From: a virus
DNA: 64,000 nucleotides
Direction: 5' to 3' (one strand)
Virus record (IMG/VR): IMGVR_UViG_3300036859_000864
Location: 47,462 to 111,461 of that record
Shown: positions 56,424 to 64,000 of the stretch, in pieces
Layout of the letters: each line of letters starts with the position of its first letter
Position numbering within the stretch: the first letter of the stretch is position 1
Translations under genes and position numbers: made by a program
The notes under the pieces: generated by a model
Seen by the model: the letters and a program-made list of their open reading frames with translations, nothing else
Database searches by the model: none
What the model was told of the DNA's origin: nothing

Positions 56424-57029
56424 ATGCAGCCTCGTGATCACGAAATTCGGAATCTTGCGCTCTACGCCCCCAAGATCGCCTTCGGCATGATGGCCGGCGT
56501 CCCGCGCGTGCCGTTCATTGGGGACATCCCGATCCAGTTCTCCTCGTCGACGGTCAACGCGCCGCCGGTCGTGCAGAACTTCCAGAACAACCTGACGCAG
56601 CACACGATCGTCGAGCGCATCGCGTACAACTTGGGGCAGCAAAATAGCTTCCCCGGGAGCCCGTTCCAGAGCCTCTACTTCAACCAGCTCAAGCAGAGCG
56701 GCCAGATCGGCGTTGGCGTGCAGCTCGCCGTGTACGGCGGCCCCAAGTACAACGTCAACGACACGTTCACGGATCTCGGCACTCTCGCCGATGTGTTCGC
56801 GGTCGCGTGGCCCATGGGATGGCCGCTCGAGAAGCAGAGCAACGTGAAGGTGAGCGCGATTCTTCAACAGACGCCGGTGAGTGTGCCCTTCAACGTTACT
56901 CTCACCTTCCTCGGCTGGCAGTTTCTCTCGAAGGAGCTGGACGACATGAGCGACACCGAAGCGCGAGACCGATTGCGCAAACTCGGTATCGAGACCCCCG
57001 ACCTCAAGGTACTTCTCTCGAACCCCTGA
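56424..57029 (+). CDS. putative second/minor capsid protein (single jelly-roll-like)
   Basis: Beta-rich; P.GW.L...S.V.V...V.LTFLG pattern echoes the capsid C-terminus. Confidence 0.45.
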   Translation: MQPRDHEIRNLALYAPKIAFGMMAGVPRVPFIGDIPIQFSSSTVNAPPVVQNFQNNLTQHTIVERIAYNLGQQNSFPGSPFQSLYFNQLKQSGQIGVGVQLAVYGGPKYNVNDTFTDLGTLADVFAVAWPMGWPLEKQSNVKVSAILQQTPVSVPFNVTLTFLGWQFLSKELDDMSDTEARDRLRKLGIETPDLKVLLSNP

Positions 57030-57031
57030 AA

Positions 57032-57925
57032 ATGGACGAGCGCAGCGCGAAGGTGATCAGGCTCCAGACACACCCCGATGGTGTGGGGGCCTCGATCCGC
57101 TCGACGCTGTGCAACGGCCGTGACGAGATTGTCACCAACGGGCCGAACCAAGAATTCGGCTTCCTCGGAAGCGACCCGTACAACACGAACGCCTACACGG
57201 GTCTGGTCGTCCCGTCGGTTGCCAGCTCGGCGATCGGAAACGCTCGCTACCTCTTCGTGCTCGCGCGTCAGAGTTTCAGCACGGGCGAGCAGAGCTCGGA
57301 CCGACGCGGCGTCCGTCTGGTCGGCATTCGACAGTACGCCGAACTCATCGCGCGTATCCCCGCACGCACCGCCCCGCTCGCTTCAGGTACGGGATCACCA
57401 GCCGGAAGCACCGTCACGTTTCGCAAGGAGATCACGAGCCCCCTCTGGCATCCGCAAGACGGGAACATCTCCTGGCACGTGATGATCATCAACAAGGTGC
57501 AGCGTGATACGCGCAACCCCGCGAACACGGACGGGGTCATCTATCAGGACGCGCTGTCTCCCGCGCTGCTCTACCAAACGCTCGGGCCGTACGTTCCTCC
57601 GAACGCTGGACGTCCTTGGGGCACTCCGATTGGAGCGAGCCTCGGCAACATCCACGAGCTTCGGTACCCCTGGCGCACGACGCTGAGTGAGCTGACGCTC
57701 GATATTTCGATCCCGGTCCCGTGTGACGTCGTGCTCTTCGCGAGCGTTCGTCAGAACGACCCCGCGACCAATCCTGTGCTTTCGGACGCTGTGACCACGA
57801 CGCAACAGTTCGAGGCGCTCTCACCGGAAGATCAGTTCATCGTCGCGTACCCGACGTTCGCGCAATACGGCGCCATCGCCGGCTCGCTCGTCTTCGATCA
57901 GAACCTCGGGGAGGACGTACCGTGA
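57032..57925 (+). CDS. putative structural protein (vertex/penton candidate)
   Basis: Beta-rich 297-aa ORF in the structural operon. Confidence 0.45.
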   Translation: MDERSAKVIRLQTHPDGVGASIRSTLCNGRDEIVTNGPNQEFGFLGSDPYNTNAYTGLVVPSVASSAIGNARYLFVLARQSFSTGEQSSDRRGVRLVGIRQYAELIARIPARTAPLASGTGSPAGSTVTFRKEITSPLWHPQDGNISWHVMIINKVQRDTRNPANTDGVIYQDALSPALLYQTLGPYVPPNAGRPWGTPIGASLGNIHELRYPWRTTLSELTLDISIPVPCDVVLFASVRQNDPATNPVLSDAVTTTQQFEALSPEDQFIVAYPTFAQYGAIAGSLVFDQNLGEDVP

Positions 57926-58155
57926 GTTTTAACAACGGTGGCGTGTACATTCTCAGCAGCGCGATCGGAGGCTTGTTCGCGGGCGCTGTCGGCGCGGCCG
58001 TTGCCGAGTCCGCTGACTCGCATCCCGTGCTCAAAGGGGCCCTCGTTGTCGGAGCTATCGACGCGCTTCTGGCAACCGCCGTCTACGTCGCCGTCTCACA
58101 GCCCATCCTTCCTGCAACCGGCGTGAGCGGATTGCACAACCCGAGGATCCCGTGA
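57922..58155 (+). CDS. small two-helix membrane protein
   Basis: GGAGG RBS; hydrophobic. Confidence 0.6.
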   Translation: MSFNNGGVYILSSAIGGLFAGAVGAAVAESADSHPVLKGALVVGAIDALLATAVYVAVSQPILPATGVSGLHNPRIP

Positions 58156-58370
58156 CGCGAACTACCGCAGCGCTTCTCGGTCTCGTGGTAGGCGGTATCG
58201 CCGGTGAGGTCGTGGGTCGTCATTTCGAGAAGGGCCACGGAAAAGAGGCCGAGCTCGAGGGCGCGATCGGCGGCGGCGTTCTCGGCGCGGCGCTGGGTTC
58301 GGTTCTTTTCGCCACGGCGGCATCTTCTCCTCAACAGCAGGCGCAAGTCTCGCAAGCGAGTTTCCCATGA
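58152..58370 (+). CDS. small glycine-zipper membrane protein
   Basis: GAGG RBS; two GxxxG helices. Confidence 0.6.
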   Translation: MTRTTAALLGLVVGGIAGEVVGRHFEKGHGKEAELEGAIGGGVLGAALGSVLFATAASSPQQQAQVSQASFP

Positions 58371-59080
58371 CGCCGGCACAAGCGTACGGACACCCCGACT
58401 ACGTTCTGGACGTTCCCGTTCAAGGACCGACCGATCAAGGCATGCGCGAACTGGCCTGCCTGTTCGTCAAGACCGTTTTACCGACACCGCAGCAGGCCGC
58501 GTGCGTCGATTGTAAAGGACCGATTCCAATGTGGGCAAAAACGAACACAGGCGTCAGTGAAAAGATCTCGTTCGGCGGCGTCGGCGCAGTCGGCTTCGCG
58601 CTCGGAGCTCCCGGAGATCCCGACGCTTGGACGCAGCTCACGCCAGCGCAGCAGACGTGGGTCGTAACTTCGATCCGCACGCTCGACTCGAAGATCCGAG
58701 AGCAGACGAAGACCACGTGCCCTGGCATGCAATCGCCGAGCATCACGGGCATGGCCGGTTGCTTTCAGAACTGGTTCAACAGCGCGAAACTCGGTCTGAC
58801 GAAGCGCGACGGATCCCCGGTCGTGCTGCGCACCGACGGCGTCTTCGATCAAGACACGCTCGATGCGCTGCGCACCGTCACTTCGCTCGACGCGAAGAAC
58901 TACCCGACGCCGTTTCCGGGTACCGAGGCGGCCGGCATTCAGCCCGTCAAGAAGCTTTCCACCGGAGCCATGGTCGGCATCGCTGCCGCCGGCGCAACGG
59001 TTCTCGGTGGGATCGCCTACGTCGCCATGCATGGCAAGAGCAAACGCAAGGGCCGCACGACCCGCAGAAAGAGGAAGTGA
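58367..59080 (+). CDS. tail-anchored protein with peptidoglycan-binding-like domain
   Basis: FQ.WFN...LRTDGVFDQDTLDAL; LSTGAMVG TM + basic tail. Confidence 0.6.
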   Translation: MTPAQAYGHPDYVLDVPVQGPTDQGMRELACLFVKTVLPTPQQAACVDCKGPIPMWAKTNTGVSEKISFGGVGAVGFALGAPGDPDAWTQLTPAQQTWVVTSIRTLDSKIREQTKTTCPGMQSPSITGMAGCFQNWFNSAKLGLTKRDGSPVVLRTDGVFDQDTLDALRTVTSLDAKNYPTPFPGTEAAGIQPVKKLSTGAMVGIAAAGATVLGGIAYVAMHGKSKRKGRTTRRKRK

Positions 59081-60546
59081 TGTCGTTCTTCAGAGTCAAG
59101 CCGGGACAATCTCCGGCCATGGTCGCACGCGAGCTCGGCACGTCGGTGTCGGCGCTCATCGCCGCCAACTCGCACAAGCCCACTGCGGTCGTCGCAGGCA
59201 AGCGCACGTTCAAAACACTGCGCTACAACGAGCTCTTGCACAAGCCCGGTGTGGGCGTTGGAGCACTCGGTGAGGACGGCACGCTCGGTGCGATCACGCC
59301 GGCTGATCCGGCGGCGCCTCACGCGCTGATCGCATCAGGTAGCAGCGGTCCTGACGTTGCGCTCTGGCAGAAGATCATCGGCGTCAAGGTCGATGGCTCC
59401 TTCGGATCTGGAACCGCAGCAGCAACGAAAACGTGGCAGAGCGCACATGGGCTCAACAACGACGGCGTCGTCGGTCCCAACACGTGGGCGAAAGCTCTCG
59501 GCAACGCCTCGAGCGCGCCGGTATCGGTGTCGACTCCAGTCGCAGCCGGAGCGAGCCTCGCGATGGCGGCGGGAGCCGCATACACGGCGCTCAACCAGGA
59601 TCCGAACTACTGCACGAGCGTCGCTCGTGCAGGCACGCCGGTGAACACGGCCGTCCACAACTTCAAAGCGGCCTGGAACGCGGCCTACCCCGGACAGACG
59701 GTACCTATCGGGACTGGAAAGTACGAGCCGTCGGTGTCCGCCGCGCTCTCGTCGGCGCTCGGCGGAGTGGCCGTGCCTGCGGGATGCGGCGCCGGAGCGG
59801 CTCCACAACCCTCCCCCGCGGCGGCTCCGTCGGCACCGGCTCCCATGCCGGCACCGAGTGTCACGCCGGTGCCTACACCGGCACCCACGGCCTCGAGCGC
59901 CTACAGCAGCGCGCAGATCGCTGCGGCGACGGCCATGAACTCAGCGCTCGCGGCGCACGGCTACAAGCAGGCCGATCAGGGGCTCTACATGGCGTTCCAG
60001 CGCGCGATGGGGCTCACGGCCGACGGGTACCCCGGAACCGGCACGATGGGGAAGCTCAGGGCCGTCCTCACCTCCGCCGGCATTCCGATGGCCTCGGTAC
60101 CCGTGTACCCGTGGCGCGCGGGAGCCTACGACGGCGTGAACGCACCGACGGCCGCCTCTTGGACAGGCGCCGCCGCAACGCCCGCGCCGCCTCCCCCACC
60201 GTCCGCCCCGCCCTCCGCGCCTCCCGGCGGCGGCGCGGCTCCGGCACCCTCCGCACCGTCTGCTCCTTCCGCCGGCGGAGGCACGCTCCCCGTAGCTCCG
60301 ACGCCGGGCGGCATCACACCCCCGGAGGCGAAGAAGGGCCTGAGCACCGGTGCGATCGTGGTCGGCGCGATCGGCGCAGCGGCGCTCATCGGGTTGGGCG
60401 CCATGGCGTTGACGGGCAAGAAGACCGGCCGCCGCGGAGCTCGAGGAGCGCGTGGCCCGTCTCGACGCAAGTCGAGCAAGCACAAGCCGGCGCACCACGC
60501 GCATCCCGCACATCCGAAGCGCAAGAGGAAGTCGAAGAAGAAGTAG
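59080..60546 (+). CDS. LysM-like + peptidoglycan-binding domain, tail-anchored protein
   Basis: LysM-like start; GS.G.DV..WQ....VDG.FG.GT..A.K.WQ..HGL..DG.VGP.TW (PG_binding_1); second FQ..MGL.ADG.PG.GT; TM + basic tail. Confidence 0.8.
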   Translation: MSFFRVKPGQSPAMVARELGTSVSALIAANSHKPTAVVAGKRTFKTLRYNELLHKPGVGVGALGEDGTLGAITPADPAAPHALIASGSSGPDVALWQKIIGVKVDGSFGSGTAAATKTWQSAHGLNNDGVVGPNTWAKALGNASSAPVSVSTPVAAGASLAMAAGAAYTALNQDPNYCTSVARAGTPVNTAVHNFKAAWNAAYPGQTVPIGTGKYEPSVSAALSSALGGVAVPAGCGAGAAPQPSPAAAPSAPAPMPAPSVTPVPTPAPTASSAYSSAQIAAATAMNSALAAHGYKQADQGLYMAFQRAMGLTADGYPGTGTMGKLRAVLTSAGIPMASVPVYPWRAGAYDGVNAPTAASWTGAAATPAPPPPPSAPPSAPPGGGAAPAPSAPSAPSAGGGTLPVAPTPGGITPPEAKKGLSTGAIVVGAIGAAALIGLGAMALTGKKTGRRGARGARGPSRRKSSKHKPAHHAHPAHPKRKRKSKKK

Positions 60547-60550
60547 ACGC

Positions 60551-60799
60551 ATGCGCGTAGTGATCGACAACGCGGCGCTCAGGAAGGCTCGTTCCTGCAA
60601 GGGCGCCTACACCAACCGGGAATGGGATCCTGCATTGCAGGCGCTCGTGTTCCCGGATTGGGATGCGTCTGTCAAAGAGCTGCTGTCGACACCCAAAGGC
60701 CGCGCGCGTCTCGAGTGGTACGCCAGGCACAATCTCGTTCCGATGACGCTAGATCAATTCATCGCGGCAAAAGCCGCACTTGGAGTCTCCGATGAGTGA
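60551..60799 (+). CDS. hypothetical protein
   Basis: Packed ORF. Confidence 0.45.
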   Translation: MRVVIDNAALRKARSCKGAYTNREWDPALQALVFPDWDASVKELLSTPKGRARLEWYARHNLVPMTLDQFIAAKAALGVSDE

Positions 60800-61283
60800 G
60801 TTCGTAGGACGTACAGGGTCGCATCGCGTTTACTCCTACCCGGAGCCTCGGCGCACCGCTGCCGCGGTGACGCCGTTCGCGCGGAACTTCGCAACGGGCA
60901 CGAAGGGCAGCACTGCCGTAGGTGCAGGCATAGCCCTCACGTGGAACTCGATCGACGTCGGGACGGATCCGAGCACCGACGTTCCGATCACACCCATAAC
61001 CACCGGAGAGGTGCTGGTCACCGGCGTCATCACGCTCAACAACCCCACGGGCGCGCCCATACTTGCAACCATTCAGGTGCAGGTCGACGGGAGCGCCGTG
61101 GCGACTTTCTCCGCAACCACAATCGCCGCCGGCGCGGAAGCATCTATCCCTTTCGTGGCAGAAGCCGGGGTCCTCTCGCTGGCCCAGCACATCGTCACCG
61201 TCACGATCGACGGTAACGGACTGACGACCGTCTCGGATGGTTCGTCGATCAACGTAGAAGAAGTTCCACTGTCAACCGGTTGA
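60792..61283 (+). CDS. small beta-sandwich structural protein
   Basis: GGAG RBS; T/V/I-rich strands; N-terminal G..R...YP motif. Confidence 0.55.
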   Translation: MSEFVGRTGSHRVYSYPEPRRTAAAVTPFARNFATGTKGSTAVGAGIALTWNSIDVGTDPSTDVPITPITTGEVLVTGVITLNNPTGAPILATIQVQVDGSAVATFSATTIAAGAEASIPFVAEAGVLSLAQHIVTVTIDGNGLTTVSDGSSINVEEVPLSTG

Positions 61284-61294
61284 AGGAGACGCGC

Positions 61295-61483
61295 ATGCCG
61301 AAGCTGATTCATCAGGAGACGATGTGCTGCGGGTACAAGCGGTGCCCGGAGGCCAAGATCTTCGACGACGGCTCCGTCGAAATCAGCGACAACGACACGG
61401 AGGCAGGATCGGTCGGCACGATAAAGCTTCACCCCGAAGTGATGGCCCGCCTCGTCGAGCTCTACGCGCAACGAAAAATCTGA
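61295..61483 (+). CDS. small protein with CC....CP motif
   Basis: AAGGAG RBS. Confidence 0.5.
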   Translation: MPKLIHQETMCCGYKRCPEAKIFDDGSVEISDNDTEAGSVGTIKLHPEVMARLVELYAQRKI

Positions 61484-61486
61484 TCC

Positions 61487-62659
61487 ATGACACGCATCAT
61501 CGGAAAAGGCAGATACGCGAGCGAGGTCTACCCGATCAGCCCGGGCGTCGGCGCGGGTAGCGGTGGCGACGTGTTGCCTTTTTCGAATTTGCGCTACCTC
61601 GATCCGGCAACGACGCACGCGGCGCCGCACACGGGGTCGGTCAGCAACCCGTGCGTGACGGTCGCGGAGATCGCCGCGCTGACTCCCGGGTTCATGGTGA
61701 TCCAGGTCGCCGGGAGCCCGCTAGATAACCCTGCGGTGATCCCCGCCGGCACGCTGTGCGGCATCACAGGCATGCCGGAGTTCGGTTTCTTCTTCCCGTC
61801 GATGACGCTCGAGTCCGGCGCAAACGTCTCGATGCGTGACGTGTACTTCGTCAACGTCGGAGAGCAAGAAGGAGGAGGGGCGGCACAACTCAATGTCGTG
61901 TTTGCTATCGATCCGAGATCAGCCTCATTCACGAACCAGATTCGACAGATAAATCTGACTAACTCTCAGGTTTCCCTGACTCGCTGCAATGTCTACTCGT
62001 CGATCAGCGCGACATTCTTGACGCTCTATCAGTGTCGCATTTCTAGTCTCGGAGGAGAGCCAGCGCCTAGCATCACAATGAACAACGGCGGGTTCCTCTC
62101 TGCCGAAGACACGCTGTTCACTTCTTCGGTCCCGTCTACCATCACGCTCGACACGGGCGGGGGGCAGTTCATAAACTGCACGTTCAACTCGGCGGTGACG
62201 ATCAACAACGCGACCGGAATCGCGACGTTCGATCAGGTTTCGTTGGACAGCCTCAACGCAGCAGGAGGCACCGTCACCACCCCCGAGAACTTGGCCCTGG
62301 CTCCGGCGCAGTTGATGGTTCCCATGATCGGGACTCAGACCGTCGCGGCCAGCGAAGTTCTCACAATAGGAGCCAATTACTCTGCCGTAAATCAGTACGG
62401 ATCCAAAGCGACCGCATTCATCCCGCAGGCTGCCGCCGTTGGAGAGTCGTTGGTGATCACGCTCGTCATCGCAACGGGCGCCGTGATCGGGTCGGTGACG
62501 ATAGACAATACGACGCCCCCTGGCGCTGTAGACATCCCGCTCATCACGCCGAAAGTCCCCATCCCACCGGCTGGGGTACTCCTTGCCGATCTCAACTACA
62601 CGTCTGGAGTCGGCCCAACGCCGCTCGCTGCAACCGTCGTTCGCGTCGATTTGATCTGA
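61487..62659 (+). CDS. putative spike/receptor-binding protein (beta-helix)
   Basis: GS.SNP..TV lead-in then parallel beta-helix-like repeats. Confidence 0.55.
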   Translation: MTRIIGKGRYASEVYPISPGVGAGSGGDVLPFSNLRYLDPATTHAAPHTGSVSNPCVTVAEIAALTPGFMVIQVAGSPLDNPAVIPAGTLCGITGMPEFGFFFPSMTLESGANVSMRDVYFVNVGEQEGGGAAQLNVVFAIDPRSASFTNQIRQINLTNSQVSLTRCNVYSSISATFLTLYQCRISSLGGEPAPSITMNNGGFLSAEDTLFTSSVPSTITLDTGGGQFINCTFNSAVTINNATGIATFDQVSLDSLNAAGGTVTTPENLALAPAQLMVPMIGTQTVAASEVLTIGANYSAVNQYGSKATAFIPQAAAVGESLVITLVIATGAVIGSVTIDNTTPPGAVDIPLITPKVPIPPAGVLLADLNYTSGVGPTPLAATVVRVDLI

Positions 62660-62674
62660 AAGAGAGCATCCCAA

Positions 62675-63910
62675 ATGAGTCGAATACTCGGTCGTGGTCG
62701 TTACGTTTACGGAACCTACCCGCAAGGCCCCGGAGGCGGAGGCGGAGCTGGCGCGGCGGCTGTGCCGCTCTCTCGACAGCGTTTCATCGACGGTGACACG
62801 TCGCAGGCGGGGTTGAACGGGTCGGCGGCCGAACCGTTCAAGACCATCGAGCAGTTCATGACCGCTCGAGACAACACTGTTTCAGCGGCGGACTCAGACG
62901 CGAATTTCGTCGGGTGGCTCATGCCGTCACTCGCCGGGTACGTGGAAGACGTCGCATTTCGCGCTCGTTGTTCGACTGAACTTCGAGCCGACTCCATGTC
63001 TTTGCCCGGGACCGGAGGTGTAACGATCACCGGCAATGTGTCGTGGGCGAACACGTCTGGGACAGCAGCCGCTACGGCCGCCAATCTCTCACTCCACAAC
63101 ATCAACGTGACCGGCGCGCTCACCGTGACTGACAACGGAGCCGCACCGACGTGTCTCGTTTCGATAAGCGGAGACGAGGAGCCGGGTGGTGCTTCTGCGA
63201 TCATAGCCAGCATCGACTCGAGTACGACCACGAAGTTGTCGTCGATCTCGCTCAACAACGCTCAGTGCACGGGAACTCTCACCGCGGGCACCAGTGCGAC
63301 CAGCGCCGTAGCGATTCTCACGGGCGGATCTATCGTGGGAGACAACCTCACTGCACAGTCGCTCATTTGCAACGACGCGGTGATCGGCGGGGACGTCGCC
63401 GTAAACACTTCCGGGTTCGCGATATTCCGAAACACCGCGTTCAACGGTGTGACGGCGCTCACGGCTGCCACCTCCTCATTCGACACTGCATCGTGGGCCA
63501 GCTTCGTGGAGCAGGCCGGCACGCGCGCCGCCGGAACGACAGTGCTGGTCACCGGGGGTTACAACGGGGGCTCAGTGGAAGGTGCCGCTCTAGCAGCCGC
63601 GAGCACCAGCGTGTCGCTCAACGGCACGGGAGCCACTGCCGGATTCACCGGTGAGAACTCTGGAAATCACTACTCCACGGCGAGCGTCACACCGACCTCA
63701 GTCACACTCCTGACGGGCGGCGGAGAGAAACCCGGAGACACGCTGCTCATCACTCGAACCGCCGTCGTGGCAGCCGACCTCGCGGTCATAAACGGAGGCG
63801 GCGGAGCCGGCACAATCGGGACGATTCCGACCGGTTCCAAAGGGTTCGTGCTCGCTCGATTCAACGGCACGAACTGGATCTTCGTGGAGGGCGGATCGCT
63901 CGCAGCGTGA
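62675..63910 (+). CDS. putative spike/receptor-binding protein (beta-helix)
   Basis: NGSAAEPFKTI lead-in; G/T/A-rich; ends RFNGTNW. Confidence 0.6.
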   Translation: MSRILGRGRYVYGTYPQGPGGGGGAGAAAVPLSRQRFIDGDTSQAGLNGSAAEPFKTIEQFMTARDNTVSAADSDANFVGWLMPSLAGYVEDVAFRARCSTELRADSMSLPGTGGVTITGNVSWANTSGTAAATAANLSLHNINVTGALTVTDNGAAPTCLVSISGDEEPGGASAIIASIDSSTTTKLSSISLNNAQCTGTLTAGTSATSAVAILTGGSIVGDNLTAQSLICNDAVIGGDVAVNTSGFAIFRNTAFNGVTALTAATSSFDTASWASFVEQAGTRAAGTTVLVTGGYNGGSVEGAALAAASTSVSLNGTGATAGFTGENSGNHYSTASVTPTSVTLLTGGGEKPGDTLLITRTAVVAADLAVINGGGGAGTIGTIPTGSKGFVLARFNGTNWIFVEGGSLAA

Positions 63911-64000
63911 ACGAATTCCTGATCGTCTCGGCGCTCATCGGCACAACTCTTCTCGTTGTGCGCGGCACCATCTTCGAGCCACTCAGACGCCTCTGGCCCG
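63907..64000 (+). CDS. 5' end of a small membrane protein (DUF1360-like), truncated
   Basis: GTGA coupling; MNEFLIVSALIGTTLLVVRGTIFEPLRRLWP. Confidence 0.45.
   Translation, partial: MNEFLIVSALIGTTLLVVRGTIFEPLRRLWP

Noticed and set aside
1-64000. tRNA/rRNA genes, integrase/att sites, reverse transcriptase or DGR, terminase/portal
   Set aside because: No supporting motifs found by eye; absence applies to this window only

Overview
The window is a gene-dense, GC-rich stretch of a large bacterial virus genome. It has no host housekeeping operons, rRNA, tRNA, CRISPR array or integrase that I can see. Lipoprotein style suggests a Myxococcota-like host (inference). Layout: (i) 1-17.6 kb holds a primase-polymerase with a DCL-like tail, many small early-type genes, an SprT-like zincin, a rhomboid protease, mirror-image divergent promoters at ~10.2-10.35 kb, a sigma-70 factor and a ~280-nt structured non-coding element. 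(ii) 18-25.3 kb is a leftward operon of modular 'beads-on-a-string' and acidic proteins joined by a recurrent Arg-rich (A/V/M)xE-(A/S)RR / VAAPRR linker; it includes a textbook -1 frameshift signal that appends a ParB-like domain. (iii) 25.7-42 kb holds replication and accessory genes (Dda/RecD-like and SNF2 helicases, Dam, RyR-domain protein, an inactivated transglutaminase paralog). (iv) 42-64 kb is a morphogenesis region with no terminase, portal or tail genes. It carries GroES-like, JAB/RadC, Pro/Gln-rich, LysM membrane, active transglutaminase-like and protamine-like core proteins, two putative jelly-roll capsid proteins, many tail-anchored membrane proteins and spike-like proteins, which points to a tailless, membrane-containing virus. 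The best candidate for an undescribed system is a peptide-tag-based core/cargo packaging and maturation system: the same Glu-containing Arg-rich linker occurs in the core protein next to the capsid gene, in the cargo-like polyproteins and in the JAB protein. All family calls come from motif recognition by eye, not database searches.
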